From Malacoraja senta (taxonomy: Eukaryota), in NCBI GenBank assembly GCA_038087875.1, contig JAXLNO010000079.1, positions 124,001 through 188,000 of the forward strand: DNA of 64,000 nt. The letters are read 5' to 3'. The position numbers and the translations under genes are program-made. The notes below the pieces were generated by a model, which saw only the letters and a list, made by a program, of their open reading frames with translations, searched no databases and was not told where the DNA came from. Shown one piece after another: positions 51,270 to 63,254 of the stretch (within the stretch, counting starts at the first letter, position 1; the number at the start of each line of letters is the position of its first letter).

Positions 51270-52374
51270 CTGTTGAAATATGGGAAAACAAAACATTTTC
51301 ATCTGCTGTTTAAAAAATACTGCGGTATTCTGAAAATAATCCGTTTCAAACGAAGCAGAAATAAGGAACTGCATATGTTGGTTTACAAAAAAAGACACAA
51401 AGTGCTGGAGTAACTCAGGGGTTCGGGTTGGGACACTTCAGTCTGATGAAGAGTCCTGATCCAAAATGTCACATATCCATGACCTGCAGAGATGCTGTCT
51501 GACACTGAGTTACTCCAGCACTTTGTGTCTGTTTCAAAATAAGTTGATTCATTCTTGGGGTTTGGAGTTTCTTGTTATCACTTAGATTATTTGTCATTTA
51601 TTTTCAAGATATAGGCATCACTGGCTAACCAATAATCATTAACAATGTCTAATTGATCTTGAGAAGGTGTTGCTGAGCTACTTTCTTCAGCTGCTGTCAT
51701 TGTACTGGCAAAAGCATTGAAATAATCTCGTTGATAGTGAGTTCTAGAATTTAAACCCACTGATAAACGAACAGGGATGATTTATTTCCCAAAGACAACA
51801 TTGTGCATGAATTATAGGGAACCATAAAGACATAGGATTCTCATATGCTTACTGCCATGTCCTTTTTGTTGGTTGCACAGAGGACTTTTGGCAATAATAT
51901 TGGGGGATTGAGGCATTGATTTAATAGGTTATCTGAGTTTATAGGCCTATTATACCGCTGCAAGTGACAAGAATTTTGTCGTACTGTTTTCCGCGCAAAT
52001 AACAATTCAACACTCTTGTCTTGGATTTTTTTTAGATAGCATCAAAGTAGCTTCAGCAGTGAGGGTAAATACATGGGGAGGTGAAATGGATTAAAATCAA
52101 ACTAGCTGCTTTGTCATGGATGTTGACAAGCAGACATGGAGAAGAGTCCATCACATTCCTGGATTCTGCCTGATAGATGATCGGAATGTTGTGAGAAGTC
52201 CGGAGGTGAATGACTTGTTGCTGAATGCCCCGTCTATGATCAATGTTGTATTTACATTTCTGATCATTTGAGATTTATGGCTTTTATCACATAAACAGTC
52301 AGGTAGTGGTGTTAAAACTGTTCAAATAAACATTGAACACCAGCCATACATTACTGATAATGTTCACTGCTTTG

Positions 52375-53270
52375 GAAAGTGTTTCTCCGTGGATTGTCAC
52401 CTTGTCGTGGTGGAGAAGCTTGTGTGGGCCTGAGATCGTGAGAGCAATGCCGTCTGGAGCTATGCTCCTGGTAGGGTCACCCATGGCGGTAAGGTTGAGG
52501 GGGATGACTCTGATAAAGAGCAATCCAACCAAGACCTCAACGGGGGAACAGGCGGAGGACGATGGCTAACCTTGGTGGAGCGTCACAACGGCTGGGAAGG
52601 CGGATGAAGGCTGCAGCAGAAAAGGGTCTCCGGTCGTCTTGAAGTCCATGCCACTGGATTCTGTCCCAGATCTGTCAAGGATCGTGGGGTGGCTGTCTGT
52701 GCACCAGTCTTCCCACGTTAAACAAAATCACACACAGGCATCCTGCATATAGCACCCTGGAGGGGTGTAGGAAAACTCCAAATGCAAACCTCCACTACCT
52801 TGTGGCTATTACCTTATTCAGGAAAGGGGAAGTCTGGATCTGGCAGAATACGCAGAGGAGACCACCATTTGGCAGCCAACGGGTAGGAAGGTGGACCCAG
52901 CAAAGCGTTGTGGAGCGCAATTAGGCCATAATGTTCATGCAGAATACTGGTGGCCATCCTGACCTATCGCCAGCCGACTTGACTATGTCTTGCCCCTGGA
53001 TCCAGATAGGCCGGGACGAGAGAGTGAGGCTGACGATTTGCGCAACTCTCCCTCACTTTAATCCAAGTCAAGCACAAGTCATGCCTTCAGGACCCGTACC
53101 GCCCAACTGGGCATAGCAAGATCATCACAGGAACGTGTGCAGCTGAGAAGAAGCGCACCACAGCTCAGAGGAAACGCGTTTCCTCTGAGCTGTGGTGCGC
53201 TTCTTCTCAGCTGCACACAAGGCTCGAGCCACTTCAACTTCTACTGCAGCGCCCACCCAACTGTGTCCCA
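52375..53270 (+). mobile_element. RTE-clade LINE 5' region (tentative)
   Basis: ccttgtcgtggtggagaagcttg...atgccg...gtagggtcacccatggc resembles RTE (BovB/Expander-type) 5' UTRs as I recall them. Confidence 0.5.
53135..53218. repeat. Perfect 84-bp palindrome
   Basis: 42-bp arms with no spacer, centre aaacg|cgttt. Confidence 0.97.
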
Positions 53271-54500
53271 ACTAGTAGAGTGGATAGGGGAGAACCAGTG
53301 GATGTGTTGTATCTGGACTTTCAGAAGGCTTTCGACAAGGTACCACATAAGAGATTAGTATACAAACTTAAAGCACACGGTATTGGGGGTTCAGTATTGA
53401 TGTGGATAGAGAGCTGGCTGGCAAACAGGAAGCAAAGAGTAGGAGTAAACGGGTCCTTTTCACAATGGCAGGCAGTGACTAGTGGGGTACCGCAAGGCTC
53501 AGTGCTGGGACCCAGCTATTTACAATTTATATTAATGAACTGGATGAGGGAATTGAAGGCAACATCTCCAAGTTTGCGGATGACACTAAGCTGGGGGGCA
53601 GTGTTAGCTGTGAGGAGGATGCTAGGAGACTGCCAGGTGACTTGGATAGGCTGGGTGAGTGGGCAAATGTTTGGCAGATGCAGTATAATGTGGATAAATG
53701 TGAGGTAATCCACTTTGGTGGCAAAAACATGAAAGCAGACTATTATCTAAATGGTGGCCGATTAGGAAATGGGGAGATGCAGCGAGACCTGGGTGTCATG
53801 GTACACCAGTCATTGAAAGTAGGCATACAGGTGCAGCAGGCAGTGAAGAAAGCGAATGGTATGTTAGCTTTCATAGCAAAAGGATTTGAGTATAGGAGCA
53901 GGGAGGTTCTACTGCAGTTGTACAGGGTCTTGGTGAGACCACACCTGGAGTATTGCGTACAGTTTTGGTCTCCAAATCTGAGGAAGGACATTATAGCCAT
54001 AGAGGGAGTGCAGAGAAGGTTCACCAGACTGATTCCTGGGATGTCAGGACTTTCATATGAAGAAAGACTGGATAGACTTGGCTTATACTCGCTAGAATTT
54101 AGGAGATTGAGAGGGGATCTTATAGAAACGTACAAAATTCTTATGGGGTTGGACAGGCTAGATGCAGGAAGATTGTTCCCGATGTTGGGGAAGTCCAGGA
54201 CAAGGGGTCACAGCTTAAGGATAAGGGGGAAATCCTTTAAGACCGAGATGAGGAAAAACTTTTTCACACAGAGAGTGGTGAATCTCTGGAACTCTCTGCC
54301 ACAGAGGGTAGTTGAGGCCAGTTCATTGGCTATATTTAAGAGGGAGTTAGATGTGGCCCTTGTGGCTAAAAGGATCAGGGGGTATGGAGAGAAGGCAGGT
54401 ACGGGATACTGAGTTGGATGATCAGCCATGATCATATTGAATGGCGGTGCAGGCTCGAAGGGCCGAATGGCCCACTCCTGCACCTATTTTCTATGTATCT
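53271..54500 (+). mobile_element. CR1 LINE, near-identical to 10512-11670
   Basis: Long identical stretches by eye; RT motifs; complete 3' tail. Confidence 0.95.
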
Positions 54501-55289
54501 ATATGCGGGAGAGCCTTCTGGGCCCGGATCGGTCCAACCAGTCACCTCCAGACCCACAAACAAAAACACTGAAGTCATGGTCTTCTTCGACTATTAAGGA
54601 CAAACAATAACAGGAAAGTGTTTGAAAGCATACAGAATTGCTGCAACATATATGCCAATCATTTGATCTATTGAGCAGATAAAGCAATCTCAGCTGTCCC
54701 ATTTCCCTGCTCTTTCCCCAGAACTATGCAAACCGTTTCATCTCGTCTCCAATTCCCTTTCAAAAGCCATGGATGACAATCTTCACCATCTTTGTAGATA
54801 GCAAATTCCAAATCACAATTGATTTGATTTGATTTCACAATTAAAAGCGGAACAATCCCAGGATTTTGATTGGCATGGAAGATAATGAATATCCTGGTTA
54901 TAATTTTCAAAACTTTGGAATGTACTGCAGATTGGAGGACAGCAGATGTGACAAGTATAATCAAGGATGACTCTCACCCCTGACACTCAGGCAAGAGGTG
55001 AAGAAGTCTGAAAACGCACACCTGCAGATTCAGGGACAGCTTCTTCCAAGCAGGCAACTGAACCATCCTACCACCAACTAGAGAGCAGTCCTAACCTACC
55101 ATCTACCTCATTGGAGACCCTCGGACTACCTTTAATCAGAATTTACTTGCATTAAACATTATTCCCTTTATCCTGTATCTGTGCACTATGGACGGATTTA
55201 TTGTAATCACATATAGTATTTTCGCTGACTGAATAGCACAAAACAAAAAAGCTTTTCACTGTACATCGGTACACATTACAATAAACTAA

Positions 55290-56100
55290 ACTTAGTTTGC
55301 ATCCGGCATATAAGAAGGCAAATCATACTTTGACCTTTATTGCTTGAGGTTTTGAGTCCAAGAGTAGAGATATCTTACTTCAACAAGAAAGGGCTATGAC
55401 ACAGAATTATCTGCCACAGGAGACAGTGGAGGCCAATTCACTGGATGTTTTCAAGAGAGATTTAGCTCTTAGGGCGAAAGGAATCAAGGGATATGGGAAA
55501 AAAGCAGGAACGGGGTACTGATGTTAGATGATCAGCCATGATCATATTGAATGGCAGTGCTGGCTCGAAGGGCCGAATGGTCTACTCCTGCACCTATTTT
55601 TCTATGTTTCTATGACACTACACCTGGAGTATTTTGCACAGTTTTGGTCTCTTTACCTATGAAAGGATATATTTATTAGAGAGGGAGTGGAAAGAAGATA
55701 CATCCAATAGATTCTAGAGGTGACATATAGAGTTTAGTCAAATGAGAGGTGATCTCATTGAAACATTAAGAATTCTGGAGTGTTTTACAGGGTAGATATG
55801 GGAAGGATGTTTCCCTTAACTGAGTCGTCTAACACTAAGGGTCACAATTTCAAAATAAGGAAAAGCACATTTAAAACCGAAATTAGGATAAATCCTTCAC
55901 GCAAATCCTTGGGATTCTCTCTCGCAGAATGCTGTGCGGCCTACTCATTGATTTCAGCCAAAGCTCAGATCAATAAATTTTGGACATGAGAGCTATCAAG
56001 GAATTTGAGGCAATAGGACAAACAACGTTGCCGATTTAGATCCATGATTTTTATGAATGGCAGCTCAGACATGACAATTTCTGCTCCTCCCCTTTGTTCT
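55290..56100 (+). mobile_element. Old CR1 fragment with a younger CR1 tail (about 55400-55615) inserted
   Basis: Degraded CR1 ORF2 similarity on both sides of a well-preserved tail. Confidence 0.7.
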
Positions 56101-56247
56101 TACCTTTAGTTAAATAAAAAAATCTTCACAATCTATCACAATGTAGCTAACCCAAACATTCCTAAGTATACCTTCAGAATGTAGTCATTAATTGGAGTCC
56201 AGGTTAATTAAAAAATCTCATTTGATGGTGCAAAGAACAAACTTTAC

Positions 56248-56373
56248 CTGAATGTGCAAAGTCTTAAAATTTTGGCCAGCGCTCACTGGTGCTTTTGGGA
56301 TTGTCTTTCCCTTGTTTTTGCATTCCTTATCAAAGATATGCACAGTTTCTTCAAAAGCTGCAAACCTTAAATA
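56248..56373 (-). CDS. armc9: ARMC9 coding exon 2 (126 nt, LisH region)
   Basis: YLRFAAFEETVHIFDKECKNKGKTIPKAPVSAGQNFKTLHIQ; ctcag acceptor, CAG|gtaaag donor, phase 0/0. Confidence 0.93.
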
Positions 56374-57044
56374 CTGAGTGAGAAACACAAACAGTTTAAG
56401 GTTTTGTTTTTATTAAACAATAAATGTCACATTCCAGTCTCATTTACATTTTACATTGGGAAAGATATGATGAAAAGTAAATGCTATTATTAGTGACAGC
56501 AAGTGAAGACAAAGCTACCTCCGGTTCCAAATAACAAATATGATTTTAATTAACCATTCACTTGTGATTTAGCACATCAACTATTATCTCAATTCACAAT
56601 AAACAAGGGTCATAATTTTCTGTCATGGGACATTTGCCATTATTTTTATTATATGATTGCCTTTCTACACATAACTTTCTTCATAGTTGATGCGAGCAAG
56701 TTGGTAAGATCACATCAAGTAAAATCAATTATCTCCATAGTCACACAGCACGGAAACAGGCACATTGGCCCAACTTGTCCAAGCTGACCAAAATGTTCCA
56801 TCTGAAATACTCTCATTTGCCCATGTTTTGCCATATTCTTTTCCTATATTTTCTATGTTTCTATATACCTGTCCAACTGTCTTTTAAATGCTGTTATTCA
56901 TTGTAACTGCCTCAACTACTTTCACTGGAAGCTCGTTCCATAAACTCATCCCTCTGTGTGAAAAATGTTGCTCCTCAGATTTCTATTACATCTCACCCTA
57001 GTGTCAGTGACCTGGATAAATAATTCAATTTAAGGATTACACAG

Positions 57045-57905
57045 AAACATAGAAAAAAGGTGCCGGAGTAGGCCATTCAGCCCTTCGAGCCAGCACCGAC
57101 ATTCAATAGACAATAGACAATAGGTGCAGGAGTAGGCCATTTGGCCCTTCAAGCCAGCACCGCCATTCAATGTGATCATGGCTGATCATCCCCAATCAGT
57201 ACCCCGTTCCTGCCTTCTCCCCATACCCCGACTCCGCTATTTTTAAGAGCCCTATCTAGCTCTCTCTTGAAAGCATCCAGAGAACCCGCCTCCACTGCCC
57301 TCTGAGGCAGAGAATTCCACAGACTCACCACACTGTGAGAAAAAGTGTTTCCTCGTCTCCGTTCTAAATGGCTTACTCCTTATTCTTAAATTGTGGCCCT
57401 TGGTTCTGGACTCCCCCAACATCGGGAACATGTTTCTTGCCTCTAGCATGTCCAAACCTGTAACAATCTTATATGTTTCAATGAGATTCCCTCTCATCCT
57501 TCTAAACTCCAGAGTATACAAGCCCAGCTGCTCCATTCTCTCAGCATATGACAGTCTCGCCATCCCGGGAATTAACCTTGTAAACCTACGCTGCACTCCC
57601 TCAATAGCAAGAATGTCCTTCCTCAAATTCAATATGATCATGGCTGATCATCCACAATCAGTTCTCCGTTCCTGCTTTCTCCCCATATCCCTTGATTCCT
57701 TTAGCCCTAAGAGCTAAATCTAACTGTCTAGAAAACATCCAGTGAATCGGCCTCCACTGCCTTCCGTGGCAGATAATCCCATTTATTCACAACTCTCTGG
57801 GTGAAAAAGTTTTTCCTCATCTCAGTCCTAAATTACCTACCCCTTATTCTTAAACTGTGACCCTTGGTTCTGGACTCCCCCAACATCTGGAACATGTTTC
57901 TTGCA
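57045..57905 (-). mobile_element. Nested CR1 3' fragments (about 57107-57628 inside the tail of another copy)
   Basis: The outer tail breaks at attcaata and resumes at attcaatatgatcatgg. Confidence 0.88.
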
Positions 57906-58526
57906 AATTGTGAAATTAAAGTGTAAATACTGAGAAATATAAATTAAGATGCATGAATTCCATTCCAAATTTGGGGCAGAAAATAATTATGATGGAACAG
58001 GACTAAGAATGAGACAGGAAAAGGAGTCAAAATGGAAACATGGTTATTTTAATTTTATCACTTTATCAGTTTATTTATTCATGTGTATATATATTTATAC
58101 AATGGTATATGGACACACTGATCTGTTCTGTAGTCATGCCTACTATGTTCTGTTGTGCTGAAGCAAAGCAAGAATTCCATTGTCCGATCAGGGACACATG
58201 ACAATAAACTCTCTTGAATCTTTAATTTAAATATCACATTTTAAAGATTTGAAATCTGTGGAAATGATAGTCCATGTTGTTTTAGTTAATTTTCCAGAGA
58301 CAAAGAAGTTGTCCATCTGCAATTACACCCATTCAAGGGAATTCCACGGTCATGGACAAGATTTAACTTTCTGTGACATTTACTTCAAATCTACAATCAA
58401 AAAGACAATTTTGCACAATTCAATGCATTTCAATAGTGATACAGACAGCACAAATTTGGACAATTGCCTGCATTTAGTTTGGAAATCCCTTAACATACAC
58501 AAATGGCAATACTTTTTCCAACCTAC

Positions 58527-58577
58527 CTCCTTTATCAAACCATTCAGTTCAGCTTCATACGTCAAGTTGTCCCCCAT
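58527..58577 (-). CDS. armc9: ARMC9 first coding exon (coding part; exon probably 58527-58611)
   Basis: Encodes MGDNLTYEAELNGLIKE, resembling the human ARMC9 N-terminus as I recall it (MGDILAHESELLGLVKE). Strong Kozak context gaccATGG, donor GAG|gtaggt, upstream acceptor tttttaaatatag. Confidence 0.93.
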
Positions 58578-60204
58578 GGTCCATAAATTGTAATTTCACC
58601 TCATAGCCAATCTATATTTAAAAAAAATCAAAGTATAAGGTCATGAAATATATCTGGCAGGGATTTTATAAGAAAAGTGAGAACAAAAGAGTAACTAGGG
58701 AGAGAATAGGTCCCATTAAAGATCTGTGTGGTCATGTTTATGTGGAGCCACAGGAGATGGATGAGCTCTTTAATGAACACTTCTCATGTTTTCACTGTGG
58801 AGAAGCTTGTGGAAGCTAGGGAAATCAGGGAAGAGAACAGCTATTTCCCAAAACATATTGACATTACAAAAGAGGAGTTGCCAGAATGGAGGCACATAAA
58901 GAAAGATAAATCCCCAGAGTCTGACCATGTGTTCCCTACAACATTGTGAGAAATGAAAAAGAGAAATTGCTGGTCCCAGGCAGAGTCTTTGGCTTCATTT
59001 TTTGTCACCGGTGAGGTACCAGAAGACTGGAGGGTGACTAATGTTATGCCTTTATTTAAGGAAAGGTGCAAGGAAAAGCCTTAAAGTTCAATTAAAAGCA
59101 AGAAGACCTCAGGAGCAGTTGGTATTCATGCTGAAGTTTTAAAACCCAGCAGTGAACAGTTTCAGTCATGAATCCACAATCTTATCATCTATATCTGGGA
59201 GGAGTCCGTTATGGTTAACCATATCCATTTTCAAGAAAGGAGACAAATCTGAACATAATAGCGATAGGTGCTTTTACAGGGAAAGCCTTCATCATCACCC
59301 TCAACTGCCTTCTTTCAGTGGCCAAACACTGTCTCCCAAATCATAGTGCTGTACATACAGATACACTGTGGATGTGATCTTCGATGTATAACAGCTTCAA
59401 TAGAATTGGTTCACTCACCACGAACCAATTGAGGAAAAGGCATCGTAGACAAAAAGTTCAAACTTGGCACAAGATTTGACATATTGTGAACACATAGAAG
59501 CCAGTATAAAAAACAATGCATCTCCTCAAAAAACACCCAGTCACTTGCCCTGTCAGGCATCTTACCCAATGGGTGGAAGTCTCCAGTTCCCATATTGGCA
59601 TTACCAGTCAGCCAGAACCAGAGTGGATGGAAATATCCTTGATCACTGGGAACTGCCCAAGACCATAGAATATAGCCTAGCAAAAACAGACAATATTTAG
59701 TGCAAATGCTGTGAATATATTAAATTTTCATTTGCATTTCAGCACTCAAAACCTTCAACTGAAATTGGGTCTGCTCCTCAATGGTCACTTTCTTCCTCCT
59801 AGTAACTCTCTCTCTATTTGCACAGTGTTACTTCACCTCTTGTTCTTCCTATTTCCACATCACTAAACTCCTCAGTTTTCATATTTGATTTTCTCTCCAT
59901 CCTCATGTAAATATTGCTAAATTCTTTATCTTAATTTATCTATCAATACATATGTTATTTCCTGCCCTAATCTACTAACCTGTCATGCTCCCCTCCACTG
60001 CATTACCACCTAACTTGCATATTGGACTCCCTCACATTGGTCTTCTTCTTATCGAGTCCACGCACAAGATTAGAAGTTGTTCTGCCAGAGCTGAACACAC
60101 TTCTCCGCATCTGCATACAATGGTGTCTGTCTTGTGCTTCTTGTGCGTGGTGGTGGAAAGATTGGTGGAAAGAGGGCCACGACGTGAACGCTCTTTCCTT
60201 GACC

Positions 60205-60410
60205 CCCTCACATTGGTTGCACAGCTGCTGCCTCGCAGTGCCACAGGCCCGGGTTCAATTCTGATCTTGGGGGCTGTCTATTTAGAGTTAGCACATTATC
60301 CCTGTCTAGGAAGTGGATGAGAAAGTGGGATAACTTAGCACTAATGTGAATGGATGATTGATAGTCAGTGTGGATTCAGTGAGCTGAAGTGACTGTTTCC
60401 ATGTTGTAGC
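60205..60410 (+). mobile_element. HE1-like tRNA-derived SINE, degraded
   Basis: gctgctgcctcgcagtgccacaggcccgggttcaattct (B-box-like) and a CR1-like tail ctgtttccatgttgta. Confidence 0.6.
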
Positions 60411-61404
60411 TTTATTATCCATAAACTACATCTATACAACATTTCTCCATCGTCTGCATCATGGTACCTCCATTTCTTTGCTCCTTCTCCATCTCACATT
60501 TTTATTCAACAGCTCCATTTTGTCTGCTTGTACAAAAACTCATCTTTCTGGTTGCTCCTCTTCTTCTCAATTCTAACTTGCCACATATCATCTTAGTCCT
60601 TTCTCACTTTCTCTAGCTACAAATTCATGTTTATCTTCTATCCTGCCTCGCTAGTGATTAAACTCTTACTTATTCCTTTGTTCCCCTCCTTCCACGGGTC
60701 TTGGAAGAGAGGAGTAACTTAAAAGTAACATAGATAAGATGAATATAGTAACTGAATTTTGACGTTTTCTAAATATCATAAAGTGAAAAACGTATAAAGT
60801 GCCAAAATTAACTGCACACCTGAATCCCCTCTTTTTTCTCAGAGGAATAAAAGAGAACAATTGACAGAAATGCTAAGCTAATTTACTGCATGTTTGAAAA
60901 CAAATCACACAGATCACAATATTGAATTACAAAAACTAGTACCTGTCTTTATATGACTGAAATTTCAACACTCTCCCTCCCCCCTCTCCCCCTAGAAGCG
61001 CCTGCGAGTTGGGGGCTATGAGTCAGCAGATAGGGCCGTTATGGGGTAAAAGGAGCAAATTAATAATGTTAATATAATATCAAGGGGGTAGTTAGTGTGT
61101 GTGACGCCGCATGCTGCCCCCCTCCCCGCAACCGCACGTTGGGGGAACAGACCCAACGGGTCTGCACTTGGTCTAGTTTTAATTTAAACAGGAAGCAAAT
61201 CTCATCACTGAAATGTCTAAAAGGAATGCACTGAATTGCAAACCTATCTCCACCTTTGTCCAATGCTACTGGCCATTGGTCATTTGCTTCACAGTCAGGC
61301 CATTGCAACAGGAGGGTGAAGCCTGAAAAAGGGCCCAAATACAAAATGTGGCCTATCCGTGTTCTCCTGAGGTGCTGCCGAACCTGATGAGTGACTCCAG
61401 CACT

Positions 61405-61858
61405 TGTGTAGGAAGGAACTGCAGATGCTGGTTTACACCGAAGTTCGACACAAAATGCGGGACAAGCAGCACCTCTGAATAGAAGGAATGGGTGACGTTT
61501 TAGGTCGAAACCCTTCTTCAGACTGAGAGTTAGGGGAGAGGCAGACATAGAGAAAAGGCAATGTAAGGTGTGAAAACAAGACATCAAGGGGAATGAGTTC
61601 AAGGAAAATGTAGAATAGTTCACTGTTACCTAGGGGAAGGTGACAACAAAGCATACAGAGATTTAAAAAATTCAGAGGGACAGTCAGACTGGTGGGAGAA
61701 CTAGGAGAGGGGGAGGGATGGAGAAGTCTGAAGAAGAGTCTCGACCTGAAACGTCACCCATTCCTTCTCTCCTGAGATGCTGCTTGTCCCGCTGAGTTAC
61801 TCCAGCAGTTTGTGTCTATCTTCGGTTTAAACCAGCATCTGCAGTTAGCTCGTACACA
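61405..61858. mobile_element. Inverted pair of Penelope-type terminal repeats
   Basis: 61405-61524 is approximately the reverse complement of 61725-61858. Confidence 0.75.
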
Positions 61859-62139
61859 TTAAACCTACAACGGGCTGGTTCCTGACCATTTAAACTCAGT
61901 TTCCCTCAGGAGGCGCCGGGCCCAACGTGTTTATGATCAGTGGCGCCGGTGAGGATAGTAACCGACTGGCTGAGCTTTAAATCCACACCGTCAGCGGCCC
62001 CTAAACCATCAGCTGCCCCCACCCCCACCCCCACCCCCACAGTTGCCCCCGCCCCCGCCCCCACCGCGACCTCCACCCCCACCCCCACAGTTGCCCCCGC
62101 CCCCACCGCGACCTCCACCCCCTCCCCCACCCCCCGCTC

Positions 62140-62310
62140 CACGACAGCGCTCTCAGACCCACCTCGCCGCCGCCAGGCCGCTCACCGGAAGTGCCTCCCT
62201 AGCAACGGTCGGCAGCACCGACCACAGATCCTATAGCGGATCCACTACAACAACGTCTGTCGTAAAGTGTCTCAGCGCGGTCCCTCGGCCCGGGCGGGGG
62301 AGAGAGCAGT
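62140..62310 (-). promoter_or_regulatory. Probable ARMC9 promoter and non-coding exon 1
   Basis: Non-repetitive CpG-rich patch 3.6 kb upstream of the ATG exon. ETS/GABP motif CCGGAAGTG (62185-62193), RFX X-box-like site with a strong CTAGCAAC half (62193-62206), and candidate donors CG|gtgagc and GAG|gtgggt. Confidence 0.6.
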
Positions 62311-62515
62311 ACTAGCCCTTCATGAGGGGGGAGCAATACTAGCCCTTCATGAGGGGGGAGAGAGAGCGGTACTAGCCCTTCATGAGGGGGGAGCAATACT
62401 AGCCCTTTCATGAGGGGAGAGAGAGAGCGGTACTAGCCCTTCATGAGGGGGGAGCAATACTAGCCCTTTCATGAGGGGAAGAGAGAGAGCGGTACCAGAG
62501 CCTTCATGAGGGAGG
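62308..62515. repeat. Minisatellite with alternating units of about 27 and 32 bp
   Basis: Core tactagcccttcatgagggg repeated about seven times. Confidence 0.9.
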
Positions 62516-63254
62516 GGAGGGGAGGGGAGGGGAGGGGAGAAAGCAGTATTGTCACATGTGACAAGACACAGTGAAATTCTTTGCTTGCATACCCAAGTTA
62601 TGCAAATAGCGTCCACCTACGGTTCTGACGGTTGCAAAAGTATCTCCCCCCTTTCGGTGGTCACCCCACGCCCTCATCAACCAGAGGTCGATCCGCAAGG
62701 CCCCACCGTCACCGCGAGGCTCCACCATCACCTGCCGAGGCCCCATCTGCCGAGGCCCCACCACCACCAGGGAGAGCTAGCTGGCAAGATAGAGAATTGG
62801 AAGCAAGTAGAGGGTGGTGGTGGTGGTGGACAGTTGCTTATCGGACTAAAAGCCAATGACTAGCGATGTGCTTTAATGATCAATGCTGGACTATTTACCC
62901 ATTGCTATTTGTAGCTTATAGCTATGATTCAGAGGAGAATGTATGGTATGATTAGTAAGTTTGCAGATGATATTAAAGTAAGTGGTATAAACAAGATGTT
63001 GATCAGCAGCGCGTGAGCCGAGGAATAGATAACGGAATTTAATGCAGGTAAGTGTGAGATGCTACATTTTGGGAAGTCAAACCAGGGCAGGGCCATTCAA
63101 GGTGAATGGTCGGGGTCTGATCTTGGAATACAGGTACATAGTTTCAGGCAATCGCCTCCCTCTGCGTGGGGAAAATGGACTTTGTCCCACACGTCTCCTT
63201 TAAACTTTGCACCTCTCACGTTGTCCTTCGTTGTCTGGAAGTTGAAAGCTTATA

